A DNA stretch of 60,273 bases, filler included, from Sphacelaria rigidula (lineage: Eukaryota): the NCBI GenBank assembly GCA_964200075.2. It is 6 parts of 6 records of this genome, joined end to end, with 100 filler letters (N's around TTAATTAATTAA, not from the genome) between each part and the next. Parts side by side here need not be neighbours in the genome. Positions count along the whole stretch, not along the records: positions 30,190 to 40,151 come from CAXNAA020007406.1; positions 40,252 to 50,212 come from CAXNAA020007407.1; positions 50,313 to 60,273 come from CAXNAA020007408.1; 3 more parts are not named here. One strand, given 5' to 3'. The notes under the pieces were generated by a model. It saw only the letters and a program-made list of their open reading frames with translations, was not told the origin of the DNA and made no database searches. Positions 38,614 to 50,395 of the stretch are shown here, piece after piece (the first letter of the stretch is position 1; each line of letters begins with the position of its first letter). The position numbers were made by a program, and so were the translations under genes.

Positions 38614-40029
38614 TCAGCCACGCGTGTCGCCGGATTGAGGGCGGCGGTAAGAACGCATACGTGCTTGCCAAGTTGGCCAGCACGATACATATTGCGGATC
38701 GTGGACAATGTTATTCAAGACGCCGAATGCGTTCACAAACGGTGCCTTGCAGGTGCGCATAGAGTGGATGGGAACTCTGCCGTCAGCGGAGTACCCGGGT
38801 TGTTCATCGAACCATATTCCGCAATTGAGGTATTTGTGCTTACACTCACGGATAAGCCCGTTACGGATGTTGGGTTCAACATCCCGGGCCCAGAGGGGGG
38901 GCTCGTGGTTGTTCATGGAGGTGCTCACGTTGAAAACCTCCGGCCAAATTTCGTTGGTGAAGGGCCAGCTTGGAAATCGACTAGCAAATGCATCTGGTAC
39001 CTGAACAAGGGCGGTCATCATGACTTCCCCTGCAGAAGTCATTGAGTCGGATATCCACGCCGGCTGACTCGATTTCCTGCTGGAGTGCGTTCGTGACGCA
39101 GGGGCAACTGGAGTGGGAAGAGGTTCCTGACTAATTACCTGCGTACCGTGTTGGCGAAGTGCCGAAGTAGTGCCGTCCTGTCTTACTCCTATCGACTCGA
39201 CAGTCTGTGTCCGATTCGTATGCAACCCATCGAGTCGACTCCACATTTCTTCGAGATTTTCACATGGTACTGCTGCAGTAGCTGCATCACCCACAAAAAC
39301 ACTCGGCATTAGACTGGGGTACTGTCGCCCTATACTGGAACGAAAGAGAGGAATTACCATCTCGTTGGTCGGGGCTAGTTCACGCCCGCCATCCACGGTG
39401 ACCGAAATTAGAGTGCGAAAGTCCTTCAAGTATTGATTGAAGGGAGTGTTCACGGGAACCTTGAAGGTGAGTCATCTCTCAATAGATTCTCCTTCGTAGC
39501 TGGTGTCAGGCGACAAGCCAAGCAACCGTAACAAAAGTGTGAACGCCTCGTTCCCACTGGCGCCCTTGTTGAGGGCCCGCGACACTTGGTCGAAATGAGC
39601 GTCGCACATTGCAGTAATTTTGGAGGATTGCAAAGAGTTGAGGTCAATCGCCTGCTCTAGTGCCCGATGCAACGGGCGGCTCCACTCACGGACCCACTCG
39701 CTGCTTTCGAAACTGACGAAATTTGGGTCGCAAATGGCGAGAACATCCCTCGATACATTCTTGCGCGATGACCTCAACTGACTGTAGTTGAGACTTGCGT
39801 TGAATCCTGCAATGAAAGGCAACCGGGGTTTGACCTTACCTACACTCTTGATGTTGAGTTCCAAATAAGCTCGTCGGATGCTGGGGGCGTCGCTGCGGGT
39901 TGTGTGGGGTGGTGCAGATCGAGTCTGTGGATGTGTCTCCGTGTTGGATAGGTCACTCTCCTTCTTGACTTTCACCAAAACCTGTTTTTTCTCGGTTTTG
40001 GCTGGCTTACCATCCTCTCTCTCTTTCAA
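38614..40029 (-). pseudogene. gag: gag (two frameshifted pieces)
   Basis: GGRELAPTNEMV..IGRQYP and CKAPFVN..WPTWQARMRSY match the contig-3 gag. Confidence 0.7.
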
Positions 40030-40151
40030 AAGGGAGTGACGTTGCTTGGCAATGGTGGAAGACAGAGGTAGAAAGTCGGAGAGTGTGTATGCAGAAGGCT
40101 GGTTAGAGCGGATGACACTTTCTACGATAGCCCCCCCCCCAAAAGTGCATG

Positions 40152-40251
40152 NNNNNNNNNNNNNNNNNNNNNNNNNNNNNNNNNNNNNNNNNNNNTTAAT
40201 TAATTAANNNNNNNNNNNNNNNNNNNNNNNNNNNNNNNNNNNNNNNNNNNN
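40152..40251. other. Artificial contig linker
   Basis: Same cassette. Confidence 0.98.
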
Positions 40252-41483
40252 GCAGTAGTCGTGTGGAGGGGGTGGGGTGGGGGGGGGGGGGCGGGAAAGG
40301 GTGAGGGGGGGGGGGAGCACACATGCTTACTATTCAGTATCGCAATACCCTTATTTTGAGTGCCTCATGAAAAATAAACCGCATGTACGGTGGAGTAGCA
40401 GCTGCACAAATCAGTTCAGAAATCACTGAGAAACGGTGATTTGTGTGCGAGACCCGCGCGAACCAGTGATGGTTATGTTTGTTACGTGTCACACAGGAGG
40501 AAGGCCAACATATCCTTAATTTGTTCTAGCTCTCCACCTTCCTTCTGCGGCGCTTGCCCTATTATTCATCACGAGAGAGGTTCAGCGGTCACTTTCCCTC
40601 GTCGATCGTGAAGTCGAATTTAGTCTACCCACGATATAGTCGATCTCCACTGTAGGGCATGGAGTAAGATAAAATCCCAGATCGTGTGACTGCACTGAGG
40701 TTCGAATCCACGACCCAACCGCTATTAGGTGTCGAGTTTATCAACTGAGCCACCGGGGTGACCGGCTGCCGACTCAAATCTGAAAAAACAGAAGCCGTTG
40801 TTTTTAGCGCCTCGTGATGAAAAGGTCGCATGTACGCTACAGTACTAGCAGCAGCTACAACAGCATTCCAGACACAGTAAAAGGGAAGTACCGTCGAGAC
40901 GATGGGACATGCGGGCAAGATCACAACATGCTCGAGGTGTGTGAGCGATGGCACGCTGTCGTTTCGTACAGTTCTGACTCAACTGAGCATGATGCCGATG
41001 CAATTTTCAAGTGCAAACGATGCCGGTTCCACGAATAAATGTGGCCTGTGTGCGGTCGAGAGATGGTATCTCCAACTGTCAAAGAGTCCACCGAGATGTC
41101 GAGCGAGGGGATGCATCAAACGGAACGCATTGCAACGTCAAAACGCCATGCAGAATACAGCGTGGAAAGCGTAAGCACTTCAAACCCAAGCAAAACCGGA
41201 ACGCACCCTAGTGTCCAGCGAAATGCAAGCGAACAAGCTGATATGCACAATCAGCGGAAAAGGGTACTCTAAAATCAAGCAAAGAAGAAATGCTGACTTC
41301 TCAGAGCTTCAGAGAACGAATTGGCCCCGAAAGATATGTACTCTCGAATCAAATGAAGAAATGCAGCATTTTGACACCTGTCTGCAGGGAAGTTATCTGA
41401 GCCAAAAAGTAAAATGATCTAATCTTTACAAGGTTTTTGGGGCTTTGCGCCACCGCTCAATGGAGCGATTGCCAAGGCGAAGG

Positions 41484-41593
41484 TTAACCCTTTGACCGCG
41501 AGGGTAGGTCACCTGCTGAATCGGCATCAACAATCACTTGAAACAAGTATGCGTGATCCAGATGGGCTACCCGCATCGTCGTCTCAGGGTTAA
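41484..41593. mobile_element. piggyBac-like MITE with TTAA flanks
   Basis: TTAA-CCCTTTGACCGCGAGGGTAG...CTACCCGC..CAGGG-TTAA. Confidence 0.75.
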
Positions 41594-42799
41594 TGATCAG
41601 ATGGGCATCAGCCGTCGCCCACGTACAGGAGTGCTTAGAGGCGAGGATTTGATTGGAATATGACTTTTTTGACATCTAGATATTCTGCTTTTTCGTCTCT
41701 TTTGACTCGACACTTAAATATCATCGACGACGATAAGATCCGATCGAAAAATAATCGAAACGGGGCAAAAGGCACTGACCTTGTACAACGAAAAAGACGG
41801 CCGTGAAGCTCCACCCAGTCTCCTTCCAAGAAATCAACGCAAAACTAACTTATATATTCTTCGAACAACTATAGAACCCGAACGAAAATGAAGGATCGAA
41901 AGGAGGCAGAAGACACTGATCCTTGAGAAGCAAAAAATATCCGTGGATCTCCACCCATCCTCCGTCTGAAATATCTGCGCAAATGGAACTCATTTCAACC
42001 TTCAAACATCGACAAAACTCGACCGAAAGGTTTCAGTTCCGAGATGCCCCTCCAAGAGGCACGACATGCTTTCTGGAGTAGCTTCCCACTTTTATGGCAA
42101 CGAATCTCGAGTTTCTTCGTCAAACGTGAAATTCTCGAAGTCAAAATCGGGGGGACCGTTTTTATGGTACAGACAATATTACAGATTTGTGACACAGTTC
42201 TGTACACAGTCATTTTCTGCATGAGTGTGGTACTACGTACTCGTCTATAAAGCCGAGGAGCAGGCAGGCAGTGAATAATCCTTCGAACACGGTGTCGTAG
42301 TGCAGTGCCATGCATCACCCTGCAAGTTCAGCGACAGTAGACTACGATAGTATAGTATCGTTCGTATAGTGACACATATGGCAGCGTAGTGCAGCATAAA
42401 GTATTGCCATCATGGCACGGTACGACGTCAACACTAACTATCCGCTCGTCAAACCCCGTGCGAAGCTACTTCAGGAGCTCGCGCGGGCAGGCACGCCCTG
42501 CCCTGTCACAAGACTGTCTTTTGCTGTGGTTGCAAACATATCAAACCGTACCATTGTGCATCAATGATGTTCGTCACCTCCTCAGAATCGAGGGGACCTC
42601 AGCTTTCCCCGATTTGGCGGGGGGAAATCGTTCTGAAATCGTGACACCCCGATTTTTTCTTTCCCGATTTGGCCCCGATCGGGATCCATAAAACGCGCTC
42701 CCCGATTTCTTCCCCCCTGATCTGCGTAGGAATCGAGATTGTGACCTCCCAGGGAGAAATGTTTTTTTCCCTACAACGTCTGAAAGTCTGAAAAAAAAT

Positions 42800-43500
42800 C
42801 TTGCTAACCCTTGGACGGCGAGAGGAGGTCATCTGTACAATCGACATCAATTTCACCTGAAAAAGTCTGGACTGCCCGCGCGGTCCAAGGTAATCTGTTG
42901 AATCGGCATCATTTTCGATGGGGAAAAGTGTGCATGATCCAGATGGACTACCCTCGCGGTCTAAGGGTGATGCCGATTCAACAGATGACCTACTCTCGAA
43001 CTGTTTGTATCTACGCCGCAGGACGAGGCACTCTGTGCCTACGGAGCCATAGAACACTCTCGTGCCCGAGCGTTCACGGTCTGCCTTCATCGGGTTACGG
43101 TCGGGGATAGTGGTGAAGTGCAGTTGGGTCAGTCTACAAAAGACCCAGATATTGTGCAGAGAGGGGATGACGAGATCGAGCCTTTGATCACTGCAGGTGT
43201 ACATTCGTCGAAGGGCTTAATTTCTCTAGTGGAATCGGCATCATTTTCACTCGAAAAATGGATGAGAATGAGGCCGATTCCACGATTGAAAACCTCCGGT
43301 GGTTGAAGGGTTGGGATTTGCGCCGTAGGACAAAGCACCCTGTGACTACGAGAGCCATAGAATACTCTCGGTGCTCGAGTGTTTACGATCGACCTTCATC
43401 GGCGGGTTACAGTTGGGGTTAGGGTTAGAATGTAGTTGGGTCAGTCTATCGAAGATGTGGATAAAACTGACGACGAAATTGAACCCTTTGACCGGCTCTT
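42800..43500. repeat. Cluster of degenerate copies of the same MITE family
   Basis: Recurring GAATCGGCATCA, GATCCAGATGGACTACCCTCGCGGTC and AACCCTTTGACCG segments. Confidence 0.6.
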
Positions 43501-43550
43501 GTTGAGCAGGAATCATTTCACGTCTCTTTGAATGAAAAATAAGCAATGGT

Positions 43551-44020
43551 AGTCACTGGCACGAAAGGGGGGCCATGCGGCTGAGAACGTCACTGGTACC
43601 GGAGGGGCAGGTTCTGTTGCACTGACTGGTGCAGAGTAAGTCTCTGGTGCCGGGGATATAGGGTGCGTTAAATTTTCATAAGGGAAACGTCAAACGGTTC
43701 AGCACGTCATTGATGTCAGAGGTTCCGCGCGTTAAATTCCCAGAACGAGAAAGAAGTGAAGAGTGCCAAGGAAACAGGTTGCGTTAATTCCGAGTGAGGG
43801 CACGTGAGATTGTGGTGGCCAGGAAGTCACCGGTCCCATAGGAAATTCTGCGGAGAAAAGGGCGAATTCCGCGATGGGAAACGGGAAAGTGCGGATAAAG
43901 GGCAAGTTCCCAGAGAAAGACTGCAGGGCAGGAACGCAAGAATGAAATACTGGTCGCTGGTGCGTCGGACTGTGGATAAATACTTCGCTGTCAGGCATCG
44001 ACACCGTCACACCTGCGTGC
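43551..44020 (+). repeat. Dispersed repeat, second copy at about 49530-50015
   Basis: GTCACTGG..AAGGGGGG..GGTACC..GAGTAAGTC.CTGGTGCC..TTAATTCCGAGT..CGTGAGATT..TGAAATACT/CGAAATACT..ACACCTG.GTGCAGGAA shared. Confidence 0.75.
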
Positions 44021-45481
44021 AGGAATAACGCCTGCGGAGAAACGCAATGTATAATAATAATACAAGGTTTTTGGCGCTTCGCGCCACCGCTTAACGAAGC
44101 GTTTCCCAAGGCAAAGGATAATGTGCGGTGTTCGGCGCTGAACCAAGCTATGGTTTGCAGATAATTTGATATTCTAGGGGGGAAAATGGGATCCTACAAC
44201 GAGGATGTGTGTGGGTTGGCGATCGCACAGCGGGCGTAGAACTGCCCTGGGATGTACTTTCAAGTATTATACTCCCAGTAGCAGCACTGTGCTGTGTTGC
44301 GGTGACCGTAGCAATTTCAACAATGCAGTATAGGTGCGCTATCGTAACTCCTCTGTCTCAATGCGCGCTGGTCCCTTCGTCTGTTTTTGAAGCACTCATG
44401 CGTTGACAGAACCTGCGGCCGATCACTGCGACCAAAAATATCACATCGAACCACGTCATATCAGCTTCCATGCACTATAAACGATTTGGCGTACACTTTG
44501 AAGTTGCAACGCTTCCACTCTGGCCTATGACTCTATGCTCAGAATTGTTTACCCCCGAAACTCTCTAATATTGATGGATACTGCCAGTACATAGTTACGG
44601 GTTGATGGCGCCGCGGCCTTTCCGACTGCTTCGCCGTTTTACAGGGAGGTCACAAAGACGATACTGACTGTAGCTCGGACCGCCGTACACGTGCAGGTAA
44701 TGTCATCTTCTTCACCTCACGAGGCCGTTGCTTGGCATAGGAGCGAGGGATGGGTAAATCGTATGAAGCCGCTGGCTCTTGTGCAACAAAAAATTGCTAA
44801 AAAAAAAACTGTTCGAAGTGTTCAGTGCCGATTTCCCCCGGCATACGTGGTTCGGCGGATTAAGCCACCTCATAAAGAATTGCTACTGTACTCTCTTGGA
44901 GGATTGTAGCCCACTTTTTCGAACTTTCGTGCGCCCAGTTCGACTTTTGGCCGGATGAATAACTTGTCCACCAGTCCACAAAAGCGGTTTCGCAAGTTAC
45001 CCAAAAAAGGCTAGAAGTACGGACTAAGAGTTAAAGTGGACGCACGAAAAGGTCGGAAAGAGCGCTGGAACCCTCTCGGAAAGTACAATAAGAGCTTTCG
45101 AGGTGTCACAGTCGGCAAAGCCTCGAACTACTCGTACCACTGTTGTACCCTGGGGAAAATTAGTGCTGAATGGCTCAAGAAAATTGAATTAGTACTACGT
45201 ATGGCTTTTTTGGAGAAATTGTGTTCATACCTGTTAAAATTCCATTTAAATTTATGCGCGACGATTTTATGACCCGTTTTTGCCGCACATCACCTACATG
45301 CCGATACAGTACAGTCAGCGCTTCTTGTATCACCAGTGTTTCTTCAGTGCCAAAACACGATGCACATCCCGCAACATTAACCATCCAAACAAACGGTCAA
45401 AAACATCTGAGATGGAAGCAAACACCACCACCAAGTAGAAATTCCGGGAAAAATTCGCTCCGTCTTCAAAGGAAAATTCCA

Positions 45482-45907
45482 AGGGCAGGTCGAGTAGAGT
45501 ATACTCAATACTCAGTATTTTCGGAGAGTCATACTTTTAGTACTCAATTTTGAGTAGAGTATTTGAGGTCGTACTCAATCTACTCAAAGTTTTGAGTAGA
45601 GAATTTGAGATCATAGTCAATCAACTCAAATTTGAGTAGAGTATAAAGGTCATACTCAAGTGATACTCTATACCCGAGTATTACTGAGAGTGCTTACGCA
45701 ATATTTGAGGAGAATGTTTGAGATGGTACTCGATCTACTCGAAATTTGAGGAAAGTATTTGAGGCCATACTCAACCTACTCAGAATTTGAGTAGAGTATT
45801 TGAGGCCGTACTCGACCTACTCAGAATCTGAGTAGAGTATTGAGGTCATACCCAAATGCCGAGTACGAATGTACCGCGCAGATATCGGAACGGTTTTTAA
45901 TGTGAAG

Positions 45908-45962
<55 letters not shown>

Positions 45963-46045
45963 CCCAAGTGATACTCTATACTTGAGTATTACTGAGAGTG
46001 CTTACCCAATATTTGAGTATAGTATTAGAGGCCGTACTCGATCTA
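45482..46045 (+). repeat. Minisatellite of about 40-bp palindromic units (TTTGAGTAGAGTATTTGAGGTCGTACTCAATCTACTCAAA)
   Basis: Tandem units after the leader AGGGCAGGTCGAGTAGAGTATACTCA; interrupted by a (CAA)n tract. Confidence 0.85.
45908..45963. repeat. (CAA)n microsatellite
   Basis: About 18 perfect units. Confidence 0.97.
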
Positions 46046-46759
46046 ATCAGAATTTGAGTAGGGTACTGGGGGCCGCCTGGGTGCCAATATGTTGGCTGGT
46101 CGATATGTATATATATATTGCGGCCGGTCAGGGTATCAGCACTAAATATATATAATATATATATATATATATCGGGATAGTGTGTATTACAACATATCAT
46201 CAACCCAGTGTACGTTGGGTGGGCGCGCATCGATGTCGAGTGTATGCTCTACAGAACCATTTTATTTTCAAATACTGTACTCTGCCGCGTCCTGAAAGTC
46301 ATGCCGTCCAACGAATCTCTCATTCAGTGTAATTCAATAAGTGAATCATTTTGAATTTTGTTGGCGGGCAGGATATTTATACGAGAGCCATTTCGGATCA
46401 CTCCGAGAAAAACAAAATGTAGGCGAGAGGATTGCGTCATCCTTCGGGATACAGAGTTATGTTTTACGAAAAGTGATCCGATTCATTATAATAGTTACCT
46501 TACCCTTTGGCCGTGAGGTTACATTGGCTGATGAATCGACATCACTTCTACTTGAAACACTGCCGTGACCCGGAGCCAGCAAACAAACTACTAAAGTCGG
46601 AGGTATGTCATACTCGAAGTTCCGGTATTTTTCGCAGTAAATTACTGTCAAATATACCGAGAGCCTCGAGTTTGAGATACCTCCGTTTGTCTACGAGCTG
46701 GTCAGCTCTCAGGGTATGACTATTTTGTGGCTGTCAAAAACAAAGCAATGATTGGCTGA

Positions 46760-47062
46760 AGGGCAGGTCGAGTAGAGTATACTCAGTACTCGGTATTTTC
46801 GAAAAGTCATACTTTTCGACCTCAAATTTTGAGTAGAGTATTTGAGGTCGTACTCAATCTGCCCAAAATTTGAGTAGAGTGTTGAGGTCATACCTAAATG
46901 ATACTTTATACTCGAGTATTACTGAGAGTACCTACCAAAAATTTGAGTAGAGTATATGAGGTCATACTCAATCTACCCAAACTTTGAGTAGAGTATGTGA
47001 GGTCATACGCGATCTACCCAAAATTTGAGTAGAGTACTTCAGATCATACCCAATCTACCCGA
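46760..47062 (+). repeat. Second block of the 40-bp palindromic minisatellite
   Basis: Same leader and units as 45482; further remnants at 47430-47560. Confidence 0.85.
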
Positions 47063-48139
47063 AAGCTGGGTCGCCCATCGAGGAGTCAGATATACGGCCA
47101 GTAGTGTCGCTAATTTTGACAATACCTACCCGACCACTCGTCTACTCGATTACTCAATGATGATGAGTAGCACTCTGGACTGAAACTGATATCGAAGAGG
47201 TTGCGGCCTCGGTATGAAGTATGAGTTGTCATGGGGAGGGCAGGTGAGCTGGGGCAGGTAGGTTCATTCACTTGCACGCTTTTTTTGTTTTTTCAAAGTC
47301 ATCATTCGCTCATACTCATTTTAGCCCGTGACATAGCATCACTCGTCTCATCGATGACCATTATTCGCTCATCTATTCAACATAGTCTGTGGAGTGACGT
47401 CACGAAGTCGCCGACGGTCACGGTTACTCATCATACCCAAGTGATACTCCACACCTAAGTACTACTGAGAGTTCAAGTAGAGTATTTGAGCTCGTACTCA
47501 ATCTACCTGGAGTAGAGTGTTATAGGTTATACTCAATCTCCCCAAGATTTGAGTAGAGTAATGAAATATATCTCTTCCAAGTCCTCCAACGAAGACCATG
47601 AGTGGTCTTGTCGGTACGGCGTGGGGAGGGTTTTTTCGGCGGGTGCAGGGCCGGAATCACCTTCAAGGAGTGATTCCTTCTCACTACCAATCTTGGCCAA
47701 CGCCGTGGTGTGGTGGTAGAGTTGGGTCAGCACGGTGCTCACCAGGCACACCCACCCCTGTTGTAATGCAGCATGGTATGTCAACACCCTGAGTGCGGGC
47801 ATATCCTTCGTTACAAGCAGTGTAATGTGTCAACACTCTGAGTGTGGGCATGTTGGGATTCGGTGTGTGCGCGGAGGCAGATGACACCGCTGTCAAAGCT
47901 GGCACGCACACCTTTGATACAAGGGAGCGTGTGCCGGTGTGTAGACTGGTTTCGGCGACAAGGATGGAGGGGGAGCGGTCGTCGACGGACGGGTTAGGTC
48001 AGGGTGAGCCTCCTGGACGAAGCACTTACTACAGACTAGAACCAGAGTGCATAACGAAGGAGGAAGTATTTCGTCACGAAATGAAGCAGAGGGGGCTCTG
48101 ATTGGGATCATGGACACCGGCGAGGATGAGCGGTTGGTT

Positions 48140-49390
48140 TGGCCAACCTTGGCGGTCAAAGGGTTAACGCGAGGGTAGGCCATCTATTGGATCGGCATCG
48201 TTTACACCTAAAAATTTAGATGAATGACGCCGATTCAACAGGTCGCGTACGCTCGCAGTCAAGAGGTTGACCGTGTGACAGCGCGGGTAGTCCATCTGGA
48301 TCATGCATACTTTTTTCAAGTAGAATTGATGCCAATTCAATAGGTGACCTACGCTCGCCGCCAAAGGGTTGACTTATGACCGCGACGGTTCGTTTGACTG
48401 CGAGGGTAGTCCATCTGGATCATGCACACCTCTTTCCGGTGAAATTGCTGCTTATTCAACAGATGACCTACGCTCACCGCCGAAGGGTTGACCGGTTGAC
48501 CGCGACGAACGTTCATCCCGGGTCATACACAACCATACACAGCGGCACAGAAGATAGGTGACTGAAATGGTGTGCAGAGGAAATCGTTGTCGATGTGCCC
48601 GGCGTCGCGCACTTCCGCCTACAACGGCTATCCGACTATGAAAAAGCCGAGGACCCGTTGACGGCGAGGGTAGGCCATCTACTGGATTGGCATTATTTAC
48701 ACATGAAACGTTAGATGAGTGGCGCCGAGTCAGTAGATCGCGGACGCTCGCGGTCGAAGAGTTAACCGTTTGACTGCGACGGTAGTCCATCTGGACCACC
48801 TTTTTGGTGAAATTGGTGCCTATTCAACAGATGACCTACGATCGCTGCCGACCTATGACCGCGACGGACGTTCATCCCGAGTCATACACAGCCGTACACA
48901 GCGGCACAGCAGAATAGGCGACTGAAATGATGTGCAGAAGAAATCGTTGTCGATGTGCCCGGCGTCGCGCACTTCCACCGATCACGGATATCCGACTATG
49001 GAAACGCCGAGGACCCTTTGATGGCGAGAGTAGACCATCTTTTGAATTGACATTATTTACACCTAAAACGTTAGATGAGTGGGGTCGATTCAACAGATGG
49101 CGTACGCTCGCGGTCAAGGGGTTAGCCGTTTGACTGCGAGGGTAGTTCATCTGGATCATGCGTCTTTCCGGTGAAACCGATGCTTATTCGACAGATGACG
49201 CACGCTCGCCGTCAAAGGGTTAACCTACGACCGCGACGGACGTTCATCCCGGGTCATATACCACCATGCACAGCGACACAGAAGTTTGGCGGCTGAGATA
49301 ATGCGCAGAAGAAATCGTTGTCAATGTGCACGGCGTCGCGCACTTTTTCACCGATCATGGCAATCCTAAAAGCTCTGTGGAAAAGCCGAG
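48140..49390. repeat. Tandem array (period about 360 bp) of paired MITEs plus spacer
   Basis: GACCGCGACG.ACGTTCATCCCG.GTCATA..CAGCG.CACAG..GAAATCGTTGTC.ATGTGC.CGGCGTCGCGCACTT recurs at about 48500, 48857 and 49229. Confidence 0.8.
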
Positions 49391-50091
49391 AAGCGAAAGA
49401 TTATCTAGAACAGTTGGGCCCACCCAACGTGCAGAGCGAAGACCGGTACATGCAGTGAACAGCCATGATGTTACTGTAGAACATACCCCGGTAGTGACAA
49501 ACATTTCGGGAACGTGAGATTCTGTTCGGAACGTCACTGGCGCAAAAGGGGGGTCAAACGGCTGGAAACGCCAATGGTACCAGAGGGACAGATTCCTTTC
49601 AATGGACTGATGAAGAGTAAGTCACTGGTGCCAGGGAAAGAGGCTTTTGACAAGTGAGTCGTGTCAGATTTCGTGCCTTAAACTCAAAGGAGAAGAGACG
49701 AATGAAAAGTGCCGCGGGAACAGGTTGAGTTAATTCCGAGTAGGGAAACGTGAGATTCTGGTGAGCAGCTCGCCGGTACGAAGGAGAGGCAAACGGCTAG
49801 GAAAATCACTGGTCTCCGGGAAAACTCCGTGGGGAAGGGCAAATTCCCGGAAGGGAAAGGGGGAAGTGCGAAGCATGGGCAATTTCCCAGAAAAAAACGG
49901 AAAGTGCGGTTCATCACAGAGAAACAGAAGAACGAAATACTGCCACCCGATGCGTCGGGGTGCGGAGAAATACCGCGCTGTCGTACGCCGTAAAAGTGAC
50001 ACCTGTGTGCAGGAAAGCCGTTCAAACATAATTTTCATGTATATACGTGAACAAATGTATACATGTCATACAACACAATACACATGCTCGA

Positions 50092-50135
50092 GTCGGTTGC
50101 TCCAGTGGTTCAGTTGGTAACGTTGAAACCTTCAA
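50092..50135 (+). mobile_element. Diverged, truncated SINE head
   Basis: GCTCCAGTGGTTCAGTTGGTAACG..AACCTTC resembles the 5' half of the SINE. Confidence 0.45.
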
Positions 50136-50212
50136 TGAAGTCATCCTGCGATAGGAGGGGGGGGGTATTTTGGGCCATTTGTTGCTCGAAATTTCGAGTC
50201 AGATCGTCGTTG

Positions 50213-50312
50213 NNNNNNNNNNNNNNNNNNNNNNNNNNNNNNNNNNNNNNNNNNNNTTAATTAATTAANNNNNNNNNNNNNNNNNNNNNNNNNNNNNNNN
50301 NNNNNNNNNNNN
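50213..50312. other. Artificial contig linker
   Basis: Same cassette. Confidence 0.98.
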
Positions 50313-50395
50313 CCCAGATCGCTCCGGGAATCAAACCCCATAACTCAACCATCAGAAGGTCACGAGGTCACCAACTGAGCCACCGGGGCGACCGG
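50313..50395 (-). mobile_element. tRNA-derived SINE head (copy 3)
   Basis: Reverse complement CCGGTCGCCCCGGTGGCTCAGTTGGTGACCTCGTGACCTTCTGATGGTTGAG..GGTTTGATTCCCGGAGCGATC. Confidence 0.75.

Larger units (their letters stand above)
30190..40151 (-). mobile_element. Decayed Ty3/gypsy LTR retrotransposon with chromodomain
   Basis: Domain order gag-PR-RT-RNaseH-INT-chromo on the minus strand; many stops and frameshifts. Confidence 0.95.

Noticed and set aside
23521-40151. Two gypsy elements apparently facing each other as one giant structure
   Set aside because: They lie on different contigs separated by a linker
40690-40720. GGTTCGAATCC B-box
   Set aside because: No matching A box or cloverleaf around it
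45482-47062. CRISPR-like array of palindromic repeats
   Set aside because: Units are contiguous and degenerate, with no unique spacers and no cas genes, in a eukaryotic context
9964-50312. Regular 10-kb periodicity with palindromic TTAATTAATTAA
   Set aside because: Assembly linkers between size-sorted contigs (9963, 9963, 9963, 9962, 9961, 9961 bp); not biological
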